A stretch of 64,000 nt of DNA from positions 3,658,001-3,722,000 of the forward strand of contig OU015568.1 of assembly GCA_907165135.1 (NCBI GenBank), in the 5' to 3' direction. Made by a program: the position numbers and the translations under genes. The notes under the pieces are model-generated. The model worked only from the letters and a program-made list of their open reading frames with translations. It was not told the origin of the DNA and searched no databases. Positions 1-11,685 of this stretch are shown here, in pieces (position 1 is the stretch's first letter; each line of letters opens with the position of its first letter). The stretch is from Oikopleura dioica. Taxonomy: Eukaryota > Animalia > Chordata.

Positions 1-3000
1 TTTGAATGTACTTGCATCGCTGGATGGAAAGGCAATGGAACATTTTGCGAAAACATGGATGAATGTACAGGATTTGGTTGAATTTGACGTAGAAAAAGTA
101 TGGTAATCAGGATAAAATTTATGTCATCAATAAGCATTCTTTCCATTCAACTTTTATGGAAGAAGCTCCTCCTTGTGACTCAATTGGCGGCTTGTGCACG
201 GACACAGTTGGCAGTTTCACGTGTGCTTGTGATGCTGGTTTTTCCGGAGACGGATTAAATTGCACGAACATTGATGAGTGTCTTTTGAGTCCATGCCATG
301 CTGATGCTGTCTGCGATGATTTGGTGGGAAGCTTTACTTGCTCCTGTAAACCGGGCTATTCCGGCGATGGTTTCGTCTGTCAAGATGTAGATGAATGTTT
401 AGTTAGTGGGTTTCCATACTAGCGACTTTAACCCAAAGAAAAATCACGAGTTTGTCTATTTTTATCATAAATTTTGCTTAGTTGAAACCCTTTTTTGAGA
501 CAATCTTGACAATTGCGATGCAAACGCAAACTGTACCAACTCTCCGGGGACCTTTTCCTGTTCCTGTAATTCTGGCTACTCTGGCGACGGCACCAACTGC
601 ACAAACATTGATGAATGCGCAATGGATACCCATCTGTGTGATGCTCAAGGGACATGTGTTGACTTGGAAGGATCGCACTCCTGTGTCTGTGACTCAGGAT
701 ATGAAACAGGCGGCGACGGATTCTCTTGTGTCGACATTGACGAGTGTGCCGTCGGCACTGACAATTGCTCTGCCGATTCTGACTGCAGCAATACTGTAGG
801 AAGCTTCACATGCGCTTGTAAAACCGGCTTTTCTGGAGACGGATTGACCTGTAGTGACATCGACGAGTGCGTATCTTCTCCTTGCGTCGGTCTAGCCACA
901 TGTACGAATAATCACGGCTCCTTTACGTGCACCTGCGGGACGGGTTTCACCGGCGACGGAATTAACACATGTGATAATATCAACGAATGTGACTCCTCTC
1001 CTTGCGATCAATACGCTAGCTGTACAGACAACATCGGAAGCTACACCTGCGTTTGTAACAGTGGCTTTCTCGGAAACGGCTTCTTGTGTTTTGACATCGA
1101 CGAATGCGCTGGAGATCCTTGTGTAGCACTTGCAACTTGTAACAACATCCCTGGCAGCTTTGAGTGCCCTTGTAACTCGGGATATGAAGGTGATGGAGTG
1201 ACGGAATGCACGGACATTGACGAGTGCGCGTTGGACTTTTGCGATACCAACGCTTCCTGTAACAACACCATTGGCTCTGTCGACTGTACATGCAATGTTG
1301 GATACAGTGGCAATGGAACTTACTGCGAAAACGTCAACGAATGCGATCAAGTAGACGTTTGTCAAGAATATTCGACGTGTACGGATACTGTTGGCTCCTT
1401 TTACTGTACCTGCAACGCTGGGTACAGGCTTCATACTGCACAAATTGGATCTGAAGATGGCGACACGATTGATTTGTGTGTGGAAATTGTTGATTGCCAG
1501 GTATTGCGCAGGAGAGAAACGGAGAATTTTTCGTGCGATTTTAATCTTTCGCAAAATTATAATCAAAAATAAAATTAATTTTTTTTTTCGCGGTGAGAAA
1601 ATGAGAGTCCGTGAGTCATGGAAAAAACTGTATCTGAAGCATGATCTCAGAAAATTATCACCTTCACTGGGTGATGGAAAATTATTGCTTTGTCATAATC
1701 AAGCCGATATTTTTTTATTAAATATTTTAATTTGTCTGAATAGAGCTCGAAATTTCCGAGTTTCGGACGATTTACGGGCGAAATTTATCATAATTTTCAA
1801 GATCAGTGACCATGAGTGTAGGATGGCTTCCGTGGAGGGTGTTCGCATAGCTGCGCAGCCGGGGAATGCCTCTGCCCAGCTTGTTGGGAGCTGGGACTCA
1901 ATGGAAAAGATTGCTCCCCGAGTCCTCAGGAGACAGAGGTGGTATGCTCCGCAGCTGGCATTGATATCAAGAGTAAGGGAAAATATTGGTGTAGAGACAG
2001 AATTTTTTGACGCAATCCTTTTCCTGATCGTTTTTTAATTACTAAAATAGTGAGCGATTGCGTCGTTGGCGACAATACAGTTGAACTTATCGAAGGAACC
2101 TGCAAAGCAGTTAAAAGCCAGGATGGAGCTGAACATATACTTGCAACTGCTCTTAACGAATGCGGAACTTCTGCGCTTCACAAAGGAGACTGCATTATGT
2201 TCTCGGTAAGAAGACATTTTAATTGACAAAGCAAATAAAATTTGTTCAGAATCAAGTGATCTTCACTCCTCCAGAAGTCAACGGACTCATCATTCACAAA
2301 AAAATCGCGGCCCAAGTTGATTGTTTCTTCAATGCAACAGCATCGGCAACGAATACTTACAGAGTTGTTAATGAAACCGAACCAGAACCATTTGGAATTC
2401 AACTCAAGAAAGGATTTTCCCCTAGATCTATCTTGTTTCCTCTAAATCGCCTCTCTCATAAAATGTGATTTTCGGGAAAAAAGAAATCCTTATTAAAGAG
2501 CGTATTTTCGTTAGGCCGACCTCAGGTGACTCCAAACGAATTTCTCACTGATGTCAAAATTTTCAAAAGCGATGACTATAGTGAAGAAACAGAGCTAAGG
2601 ACTGATTTGACATACGAAAATAGGATTATTTTTTCCGTGAAGCTGGATTCAAATCATTTGCAGGATGGAGGTTGGTGAAATGATCTACGGCTCTGTTCGT
2701 GCTGTCAATCCTATCGATGGAATATATTTCATGATAGAGGTAAGATTTAGATGCTTTGACAGTGGAATCCTTCGAAATCCGGCAGCTTTCACCTTGCGGA
2801 TAGACGTCACTGTGTTGTGAATTGAATAGCCAGAGACCGGATCTGAAACAGACCATCATCTGATCCCAGACAGGATATAGAAATGATTCCATCAAGACAA
2901 AAACCGGTTCAGAAAATATTTTTATCCTTCTGATTGATTCTCTTTTTCTTGAATAATATTTCAGTCATGTGCCGTCGTAGATGAAGAGACAGGCCGAGAA

Positions 3001-3201
3001 TATTCTTTCATTTCCGACCGATGCCCAAATAGAGCGCTAGATGGGCAGCTTGCTATCCCAGATGCGGAGGAAGTCAGATTCGCTTTTCGAGCGTTCTCGT
3101 TCACGGGAGGAGACGGAAACCAGCTATCCGTCTCGTGCCAAATTCAGGAGTGTTCCATTGAAGATCCTACAAATCCCTGTGAGATAAGCCCTGTTTGCTG
3201 A
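1..3201 (+). CDS. Calcium-binding EGF-repeat protein with C-terminal ZP domain (uromodulin/fibrillin-like extracellular protein); 5' end lies outside the window
   Basis: Many tandem cbEGF units (DIDEC...C.NT.GSF.C.C..GF.GDG..C) from base 1 to ~1500. They are followed by EGF plus ZP-N (CSPSPQETEVVCSAAGIDIK; CGTSA) and ZP-C (CPNRALDG...RFAFRAFSF...VSCQIQECS...CEISPVC*). Multi-exon. Confidence 0.9.
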
Positions 3202-3721
3202 ATAAATTAAAGTTGTTCTTTGTAAAAATATTCGTTAATTTTTTTTTATTTCTAAAATATCGAATTCGACTACATGACTGTATATGATAAATGTACCTGA
3301 TGATATAAAGGTAGAAACTGATATAGAAATATGACTTCACCATTTTAAAAACCTTCCGCAGGCCCTTTGATCTTTAGCAAGTTAGATTTTATTTAATAAA
3401 AACATGTTTTGTGATAAAAAATCTTTTGTTTGAAAAATGCCGTAGTTATTAATATATTTTATGTTATTATTCGTAAAAATGTATCTTAAAATTTTTATGT
3501 AAGAGTGAAAATCGAATTTCCTGACAAAACCTCAGAAATGCAGAAAAAACAATGCTGAGCATCCTTTGTCTTTGAGACGATAGACAAGGGCGCCCAAGCT
3601 CAATCGCGAAGCTACGTTCCAGTGCTCTTTGGAAGAACATAAAACCCCCCATCCCCAAAGTCAATCGCATCATATTTTGAAGCCCTCGTCCATCGATAGG
3701 TCCCACGATTACGCATCGACG

Positions 3722-3889
3722 ATGAAAGTTTTCTTCATCTTTGCACTTCTCTCCGTCGCTCTCTCTGCCGCAGTCAACAATTCAAGTCAAGACAGAAAAA
3801 TACACCAGCGAAAAATCGAAGCTGAATTCCTCAGACGACGACAACTTCTCGAAATTTACATGATCAGAAGGCACATGCGACTTTTTTAA
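3722..3889 (+). CDS. Small putative secreted cationic peptide precursor (55 aa)
   Basis: MKVFFIFALLSVALSA is a textbook signal peptide, followed by an Arg/Lys-rich amphipathic tail. The frame is also open upstream to 3584. Confidence 0.55.
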   Translation: MKVFFIFALLSVALSAAVNNSSQDRKIHQRKIEAEFLRRRQLLEIYMIRRHMRLF

Positions 3890-4504
3890 CCTGTTCTCCT
3901 TATATTCAATAACATAATTGAAATTCAATGAACTCAAATAAAGCATTATTATCGACGACATTCAAATTAAGTCTCAGTTTTAAAATCCTTTGATTGCATA
4001 TGAATGAGCAGCGAAAGGGCTTGCGTGAGCCGCGAAAACCGTTAATTTTGCCCAATTTTTTGGTCGTCTTGATCTTCTTATACTCATCAGGGGTGCTTTC
4101 CACAAAATCTGGGCGTGATAACTGTACCTAAAATAAAACGTGCTCTAAATTGTAGAGCCTACAGACCTTCTGTAGTTAAAAGGACATGCTTAGTGTATTT
4201 GTCATTATCAGCGTGCCCCCTCCTTAATTTTAGTGCTGACTTTCGGTCATTCTGAGGGGTGAGAAATTCTCCCTCAGAAATTAACATAGATTTCAATTGC
4301 GAATGAGAGTTGATTTATTCAATTTTACTGTAATGTACAGAATGAATAAATTTTATATTTGTAACCAAATTTTTCAATTTTCCGCCGCAATGTTCGAATA
4401 TCATGAATCATGATTTATAATGAATTTAATTTGAAAAATATATGTTGTTATTTATTCTCTCAGATTCCACCAAATATAAAGGGCAATAAAAATACAAATG
4501 TGGT

Positions 4505-7174
4505 TCAATTCCATAATTGGGTTGTATAAATTTCGAACATTGTCGTATTTCTGGCGACTAGCTCAACTGGTGTCAGTTTCATATTAGATAGATCAACGTA
4601 TATGAACTGGCTTCTGACGGCGTACGATGTATAAATCTGTCCATCATCAATTACTGCTTCGACGTGTTCAAGAAGAAGATTTCCGTCCATTTGAAACCCA
4701 TGGAAGTTAACCAACGGCTCCATCAAATACTTGTTGATAGAACTGATTTCTTTCTCGCTGTATTCATACATAATTTCATCGAGCTTAATCCAGTGACCCT
4801 AAATTTATGGTTTTTAAATTGTGCCATAATTTATGGCCCATAAATAAAGAAAAGTACATTGTACAAACGATGAATATTGATGAATCTTTTGACGTTCAAA
4901 AAATTAATGCCGACCGTGATCAGTAGGAATCCTTGATTGTTTTCGATCACTTCGACGAATGCTTGATAATACTCTTTTGAGAAGGGAATATCATTCGGTA
5001 GTGAATAGTACTAAAAATCTTTGACGAAAAAAAAGACAAGTCGATAATATTTACAGAAGATTTCCAAGGCGAGTCTCCAATTCTTTTCTTTTCGTAAAAG
5101 TCGACTCTCAAATGATCTGACACAAAATTGAAGACGCCCTTATTTGCAATATGAGGTTTCTCTGGGTATATGTTTGTACTTACAAAATGACCATCGAGGG
5201 TCGTGATGCCTTTTATTGCATTTCTGAGAACAGATGTTCCAAAATGAGTGAAAGTCTTCATCGGCTTTCGCTGAGGGATTCGATGGAACTGCCTTTTATC
5301 GGCAAAATAGCAGATATCAGGCTCATGCTGGACACCGCACGCAAAAAAGGTCATTTCCTTGTCCATCAGACCCGCTCCAGTGACGAATAATCCGTGTTCA
5401 ACATCGAAAGGTTGTTTGACCCAAAGCTTCCTGTCTAGCTTGATTGTTTCATTGTCGAACCGATGAATGTACGCATATTGCTCTTCATGTCTGTATTTGA
5501 AAAGATAGCTCTTTCCTTCCATGAAGATTATTTCTAGTTTCTCTGAAGCACCATTGTCTTCAAACGTTTTCAAAGAATGGCCAAAGATCTTCTCTGATTT
5601 TTCATCAAAATTCATGATCATTAAGTATCTATAACTTGATTTTTTCGTTGATTAATTATCAATGATAATAGAAAATAATTAAACCAAAAAACCTTTCATC
5701 TTTTGTGTAGAAATTTTGCTGCCAGGAGAAAGAGGAAGGTCTTTTACTGAAATTTAAGGGTACACATATTAGTGTTCATTTATCCTTGGCGAAGAAGAAG
5801 TCAAACATAAACTGTAGATAAACTTTCAATAAGGAGAAATTAATCTACCCCTGCGTAAAGTTTGAAGTTTGAATAATCATCGGAGTTTCTGTTCTGTAAA
5901 CATTTTTGATGCATTTAAATTTCGGACATGGGCAGCCATTTGGACAATTTTTCTCAAATGGGCAATCTTCTCTTTTAAAAGATCAGATGCAATCCGGCAA
6001 ATCTCCCGGCATTCCTTGAATTGTACCAAATTCCGAGTATCTTCCTGGCAAAGTGCTTCGCAAAGTTTATGGTCCGTTTTCGCGTTATAAATGCACATGT
6101 TTCTGATCGCCTTATTTTCTTTTGGGGAGAAAATTTCAGGGATGACCTTTTTGGCAAGCCGTTTTTGAAAGATTCGAGGCATTCGGAAATATTTGTAATC
6201 AGCGCTGTATGGATTTCCGCAGTTGAAAACAGGTCTTGTGCATTTTCCGAATTGGACCTTTTTAATGCACTTTTTGTATTCAACGACGCAGGCAGAACCA
6301 AAGCTTGGCTTGAATCTCGATCTTTCCAAGCTCAAATAGTTGGAAATCATCATAACCGAGATCCAGAAAAGACTTCCGAGGGTCAAATAAGTTATCTTTT
6401 GTCGCCAAGTACTATTTCCGTGCTTTTTCATTCGAAAGATACTTTTTCGGCGTTTTACTCCTCGTTTTTCTTGAAAGTTGTCGCCAATATGGTCGCCGGA
6501 TTCGATGAGATAATATTTTGCTTTTTCAGAATCGTATCTTTTTATTTTGTAGATTCGTCCCTATTAACAGGGATAGAAAAAATATTTTGTATGAAAATAA
6601 ATTAAAAAATGATAAAATATGTTTTTTATTTATTCATAATTACAGTTATTTTCCTCTTTTGTGGACATTTTTTGTCCCAAATTTTCGAAAAAATGTCCAC
6701 AAAAGTGGGCAAAAGTCTCCAAAAAATGTCCCGCCGTTGGCCCTACGGGGTAGGGCCTTAAATTTTTTTCTTCGATAAATTTTTCTTCGAAAAATGCCAA
6801 ATTTCATCATTGATACGCTTATTTTTTGCCTTTTTTACTATTTTTGGTAAATTAAACTGTAAAAGCCATTGATTTCTTTGAAAAAAACTCCTGATTTAAA
6901 AAAAAAACACCTTTTTTCTTCTTCTTAAATTTTCTCAGCTGAACAAATGTCCACAAAAGTGGAACATTACCCTTGGAAAAATGTCCCACAAAAACCCCTT
7001 AAAATGAAGAAAATGTCCACAAAATTGGGGTCCACTAATATATTTATCTATTATCAATAATAATAAAATTTTTAATAATTAAGAAATATCTGTTTAAAAT
7101 CAATATCTTCTTGTATTGAAAAATATTTCTATCCTAATCTTTGAATGGCAATGAAAACATACAACCTTTTTCAT
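4505..7174 (-). CDS. Type II membrane protein with Cys-rich module and beta-rich C-terminus, paralog A (apparent 1-nt frameshift near 5975)
   Basis: Aligns along its length with the plus-strand gene at 7500-9404 (MKKHGNSTWRQ, KPSFGSACVVEYKKCIK, ending YTTQLWN* vs YTTKIWK*). Upstream homology (GRIYK, NFQEKR..KRRKS.FR, VVCFHC vs VECYYC) extends the start to the ATG at 7174. Confidence 0.75.
6642..7040. mobile_element. MITE-like insertion in the first intron of paralog A
   Basis: TTTTGTGGACATTTT near 6657 is inverted as AAAATGTCCACAAAA near 7011, with several internal AATGTCC(A)C copies and a GGCCCTAC..GTAGGGCC palindrome. No clean TSD was found. Confidence 0.5.
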
Positions 7175-7499
7175 TTTAAATTTGACGCTTTTTTCTCTCT
7201 TTGATGACAGTTTTTGCGCTATTCTCTTACAAAAATAATGAAGATGCTAAGAAGTACTAGTTGCTGAGAAAAAATAGTAAAGATGCTGAGTTTCTGGCGA
7301 GTAGATTTCCAACTGTCAAGGTCTGAAATGGCAGGTGAAGGTTCTTCAGGTTCAAAGCTTGGAAAGCGGGTTTCTGAACTGTTGAATCGTCGAAAATGAC
7401 AATTTTTAGACTCTGACATTTCCTCATGTCTTCGTTAATTTCTCGTTTTTTTGGGTATACGGTACTCTTTTTTGAGATAATAATTATTGAAGAATTGTT

Positions 7500-9404
7500 A
7501 TGAATGTTGAATGCTACTATTGTCGCGCTAAAGGAAAAATTTACAAACTACCAGAATTCGAGACTGCGAGAAATAAACTTTTCTTGATAAAAAATGGAGA
7601 GGATTTCGAACTCAATTTTCAAGAAAAGAGAGAAAAGCGAAGGAAAAGCGTTTTTCGCATGAAAAAGCACGGCAACAGCACTTGGAGGCAGAGGTTAACT
7701 TATTTGAGCCTTGGAAGCACTTTCTGGATTTCAATAATGGTCATCTCGAATGTCCTGAATTTCGAAAGAACAAAATTCAAGCCGAGTTTTGGGTCCGCTT
7801 GCGTTGTCGAGTACAAAAAATGCATCAAAGTCGCGGATTTCGGCGAATGCACCAAAGCGCTTAATAATTGTGGGAACCCCTATCATGATGATTTCAAACT
7901 CTTCAAAATGCCAAAAATTACCAAAAAGGTTTCGATCAAACAATCCGTTCCCGAAAGCTTCAGCGAAAAGGAAAATGTAGCCATTCGAAACATGTGCCTT
8001 TTTAACGCGAAAAAGGATAAGAAACTATGCGAAGTTCTCTGCGAAACTGGTTCTTTTAGAAACTTTCATGAATGCAACGCTATATGCTCAAGTGCATCCG
8101 AATTGTCAAGGAAAGAAGATTGCCCGTATGAGAAAAATTGCCCCGACGGATGCCCTTGTCGGAACTTTCGCTGTAAGAAGAATATTTATAAAACAGAAAC
8201 GCCAATAGTTCTTCAAACATCAAGATATGAAACGACTTACAAGTATGGATATGCTACGTTTGAATTGGCTGAAAGGTAGGGGCCCTACCTTTCCGGACCC
8301 TACCGTAGGGCTAAACACTTTTTCCTTCAGTTGCCTCAATTTAAATTCTAGTTATCGACATGTTCTACTGATCGAATTCAACAAAGACTCGAGAAAAATT
8401 GTCGGAACTAGAATAAAGACCTTCAATTACGACACTTACGAAACGTTCCAAATAATATTCATGCAAGGGAAACACTTACTCTTTCAATATAAAAGAAGAG
8501 CGCCCTTTGCGTATGTTCATCAAGTCAACGAAGACAACATTGAGCTCAAAATGCAAATAGCTGTTAGTGAGCCATTTTACTTCAATACCGGATATTTTAT
8601 CACCGGTGCCGGAAAAGTCGGTGTTGGGAATGAAATGAGCATTTTCGCCTGCGGGGTTGACTCTGATCCGGATGTTTGCTATGTTGCTTACTCGAGTAAA
8701 TTCAAACGAACAGCTTTTCGAAAGCCTGCCAAGACGTTTGCTTTCGGAGACCTTCAGTTGAAAAATTCGGTGAAAGGCTTTACTACCCACGATGGTTATT
8801 TCGTATGTCATTAAAAAAAACAAGAAAAAGAACTATTTTTAGGCCGTCTTTAATTTCGTTTCCGACCATTTGAGAATCGACTCTTATCAGAAATCAAACG
8901 ACGGAAAGTCTCCATGGATGTCTTCTTTTTATACAATACCAAAAAATATGCCTCGTTCGAAAAGATTTTATCAAGCCTTTGGAGAACTTATTATAGATGA
9001 TCAAGGAATTCTCATGATCACAGTTGGGATCAACGATCTGCTAATCAAAAGATGGATAAATATTCATCGTCTCTACTCTGTAAGTCAATCTCTTGTAATC
9101 AAGATCGAACAAGGGAGGAAAAATTCAGGGCATTTGGATCAAGCTCGACGAAATATTCTTCCCATTCAATGCGAAGCAACAGTATTTGATGATGAATTCA
9201 ATTACCTTCATGTCCGATATCGATGCTTTCTCTATCGATGGAAACTTGCTACTCGAGACAATAAGCTATCCATTCGCAGGAAGCATGAGTGAAAGAAGCA
9301 CATTTGTTTATGTAGATATTCTGAATTTGGACTGGATTCCCGTCGAGCTTTCTTCCCCGAATGCCAAGATTTTCGATGAGTACACGACTAAGATATGGAA
9401 ATGA
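7500..9404 (+). CDS. Type II membrane protein with Cys-rich module (CPYEKNCPDGCPC) and beta-rich C-terminus, paralog B
   Basis: ORFs 7500-8279, 8227-8814, 8870- and 9186-9404 are joined by short introns. TM segment LTYLSLGSTFWISIMVISNVL. Collinear with paralog A. Confidence 0.8.
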
Positions 9405-9492
9405 GAAATTTTTTCTGGATTTCTCTTCTCCAAATATCGAAGCCATAATTTTTGATCAAATTTGACATATGCTAATTAACATCTAAGATGAG

Positions 9493-11327
9493 TAGGGGGT
9501 CCACCGTGGGAAAATCGATTTTTTAGCATCCTCTTATAGAGATGAATGATACATCAATGGAAAGCTTATGATCCACTGATCATTTTAACATATGACTCGG
9601 GGTCATAAGAGGTCACATGAGGTCAACTGAGGTCAAAATATGATTTTTCTGAAAGCTGATTTTTATTAGGGCTTTCATGCATGAAATTGATCGCTGATGA
9701 TCACTGATCATTAAAATCGGTATAAAAACTTCATCCGGATCAATCTTGATCCATCAGAGTGAAAAAATTAAAAATTCGAAAATCGTAAATTTCACTGATA
9801 AAACTCTTCTACTACTGTTTTTTATTCAATAAAAACTTGTTATTATTTGTCCAATTTTGGATTTTTTTCCTTTTTTTCTAATTCTTAATATGATCCCCTG
9901 AGGGCAATGCCCTGAGGCAATTTTGTGCCCAAGTGAATTTATTGCAAGTTTCATCGAACACGCAAAGAAGTTACTACTTAATAATCAGAATTTTGTGAAT
10001 TTAAAAAAATGAACATTTTTTTTCTAGAACACCCAAATAGAAAGCCATAACAGCAAAAATCAGTAAATTCGCTTCAATTTTCGTGAAAAAACAATAATCG
10101 TGCTCACATAGCTCCCGCAAGGGTGTCTGTGGTAAAAGCTCCTTTGATGGCATAGTTCCGAGAGCTTTTAGATAAGCAGCAGCTATCTGTGCACCACCGA
10201 CGGCGGCTCGCAAAGCAACAGCTTGAGTCGTCACCCCCTCATGCCTTCGAAGGATGATCCCCTGGTTCATTCTTGGCTAGCATAGGAAGCTTCTTTAGGG
10301 AGCAAGCCTCTTGGGGAACAAACACGGACCAAAGAGTCAAGGCTGGAAGGCCTCTAAAGACAAGGGAGGGCTCTTAACACGGACCAAGGCGTCAAGGCTG
10401 GAAGGCCTCTAAAGACAAGGGAGGGCTCTTAACACGGACCATAGTGCCGAGGCTGGAAGGCCTTGGAAAAAACAGAACAAGACGCAATCAATTAAGTCAC
10501 GGACGGGGCCAAGCCGACCCGAGGGAAGGCCACACCATCATATTCAATTCAATCATCGACGGGACCAAGCCGACCCGAAGGGGAGGCCACACCGGCATGT
10601 TCTCTCACAACCCTCTTACATTTCTGCGGTCACTCTCTATGGGTGCGGGGTACCAAAATCGAGCAGTCGTAAGGGTGTACCTGAATACTCCGTACACCCC
10701 AAAAGGTGTTCCAAGTAAATTTTTGTCTTCCAGTAAATGTCTTCAAGCAAAGATTCCTCCGGAGGACCTCTTTGACAGTGTCACATGACTTAACTTTTGA
10801 TATTAATGATCGATGATTTTGTTAAAAAAATTAAAAATTTGGTTCTTCCAGCAACATTCTTCCATCAATGGAGTCCTCCGGAGGACAAAGATGAGTCATT
10901 GATGGCACATGATTTATATTTTATTCAAATGAGCAAATTATCATCGAAAAATGGTGATGAAAAAAGTGTCATCGTCGGGAATCGATCACCTCGATTTTCA
11001 TAGAGAGGTGGTTTTTAGAGAAAGAATTGGCTCTAGAATTTTTTGCCCCAGAGTGCCCCACCTGATTTTTGTACCATTAGATAGCATTTTTCGCGTAGAT
11101 TAAGATGAGAATGGTTTCTCATTTGAATCTTTTGGAAGATTTTTTTAAATCGCAAATTTGTGCTAGCTCTAGCCTAAAATTCAAATTTTAGGGATGAAAA
11201 AGGGATTTTTCTATATGGTCGTAATGGAGAAAAATGATCCTCAGTATTGATCGAACTTATTTCATCAATTACTTTTCATGTTCAGAAGGGTTTAGTTTTA
11301 CCGAATTTTCCCACGGTGGACCCCCTA
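9493..11327. mobile_element. Non-autonomous hAT-type DNA transposon (1835 bp)
   Basis: Perfect 23-bp TIRs TAGGGGGTCCACCGTGGGAAAAT (9493-9515 and 11305-11327). Perfect 8-bp TSD AAGATGAG (9485-9492 and 11328-11335). No transposase ORF. Confidence 0.92.
10321..10593. repeat. Two tandem repeat arrays inside the hAT element (55-bp unit x ~2.6; ~36-bp motif twice with 56-bp period)
   Basis: AACACGGACCAA...GGGAGGGCTCTT starts at 10321, 10376 and 10431. GACGGG(G/A)CCAAGCCGACCCGA... starts at 10502 and 10558. Confidence 0.9.
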
Positions 11328-11483
11328 AAGATGAGACATCTGTACATGAAATTAAATCAAGACAATTGAATAAATTAGCACACAAGATATTGAGATTTTT
11401 GTAAATCTCCACAAATGGTCTGAAATTTATTCCTGAAATCATCCTATGATCATACTTTGACAGTTAAAAATTCCAAAAAATTA

Positions 11484-11555
11484 CTCCGTGTCGGGGAATC
11501 GAACCCCGGTCGCCCGCGTGACAGGCGGGAATACTCACCACTATACTAACACGGA
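11484..11555 (-). tRNA. tRNA-Asp (GTC)
   Basis: Reverse complement TCCGTGTTAGTATAGTGGTGAGTATTCCCGCCTGTCACGCGGGCGACCGGGGTTCGATTCCCCGACACGGAG folds as a cloverleaf with a GTC anticodon and TTCGA T-loop. An oligo-T Pol III terminator follows. Confidence 0.96.
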
Positions 11556-11685
11556 TGATACCCTTCGCCATTATTAGACATCATAATCCAATTTCTATGA
11601 GTTTTCAATTATCCTTCATTTATTTAAATTTTAAAATAAACAGTGATGCACAAAAGACAGCCACTAAAAGCAACGCATCTTCTTT

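Noticed and set aside
892-1566. 224-aa minus-strand ORF
   Set aside because: Antisense to the EGF repeats; no independent features.
7219-7419. 66-aa minus-strand ORF with hydrophobic end between the paralogs
   Set aside because: It has no counterpart in paralog B. It could be an upstream exon of A but this cannot be supported from sequence alone.
10321-10462. Direct repeats considered as a CRISPR-like array
   Set aside because: The units are contiguous with no unique spacers, the context is eukaryotic, and there are no cas genes.
10444-10788. 114-aa ORF inside the hAT element as a possible transposase remnant
   Set aside because: No DDE, BED-finger or dimerisation motifs; it overlaps tandem repeats.
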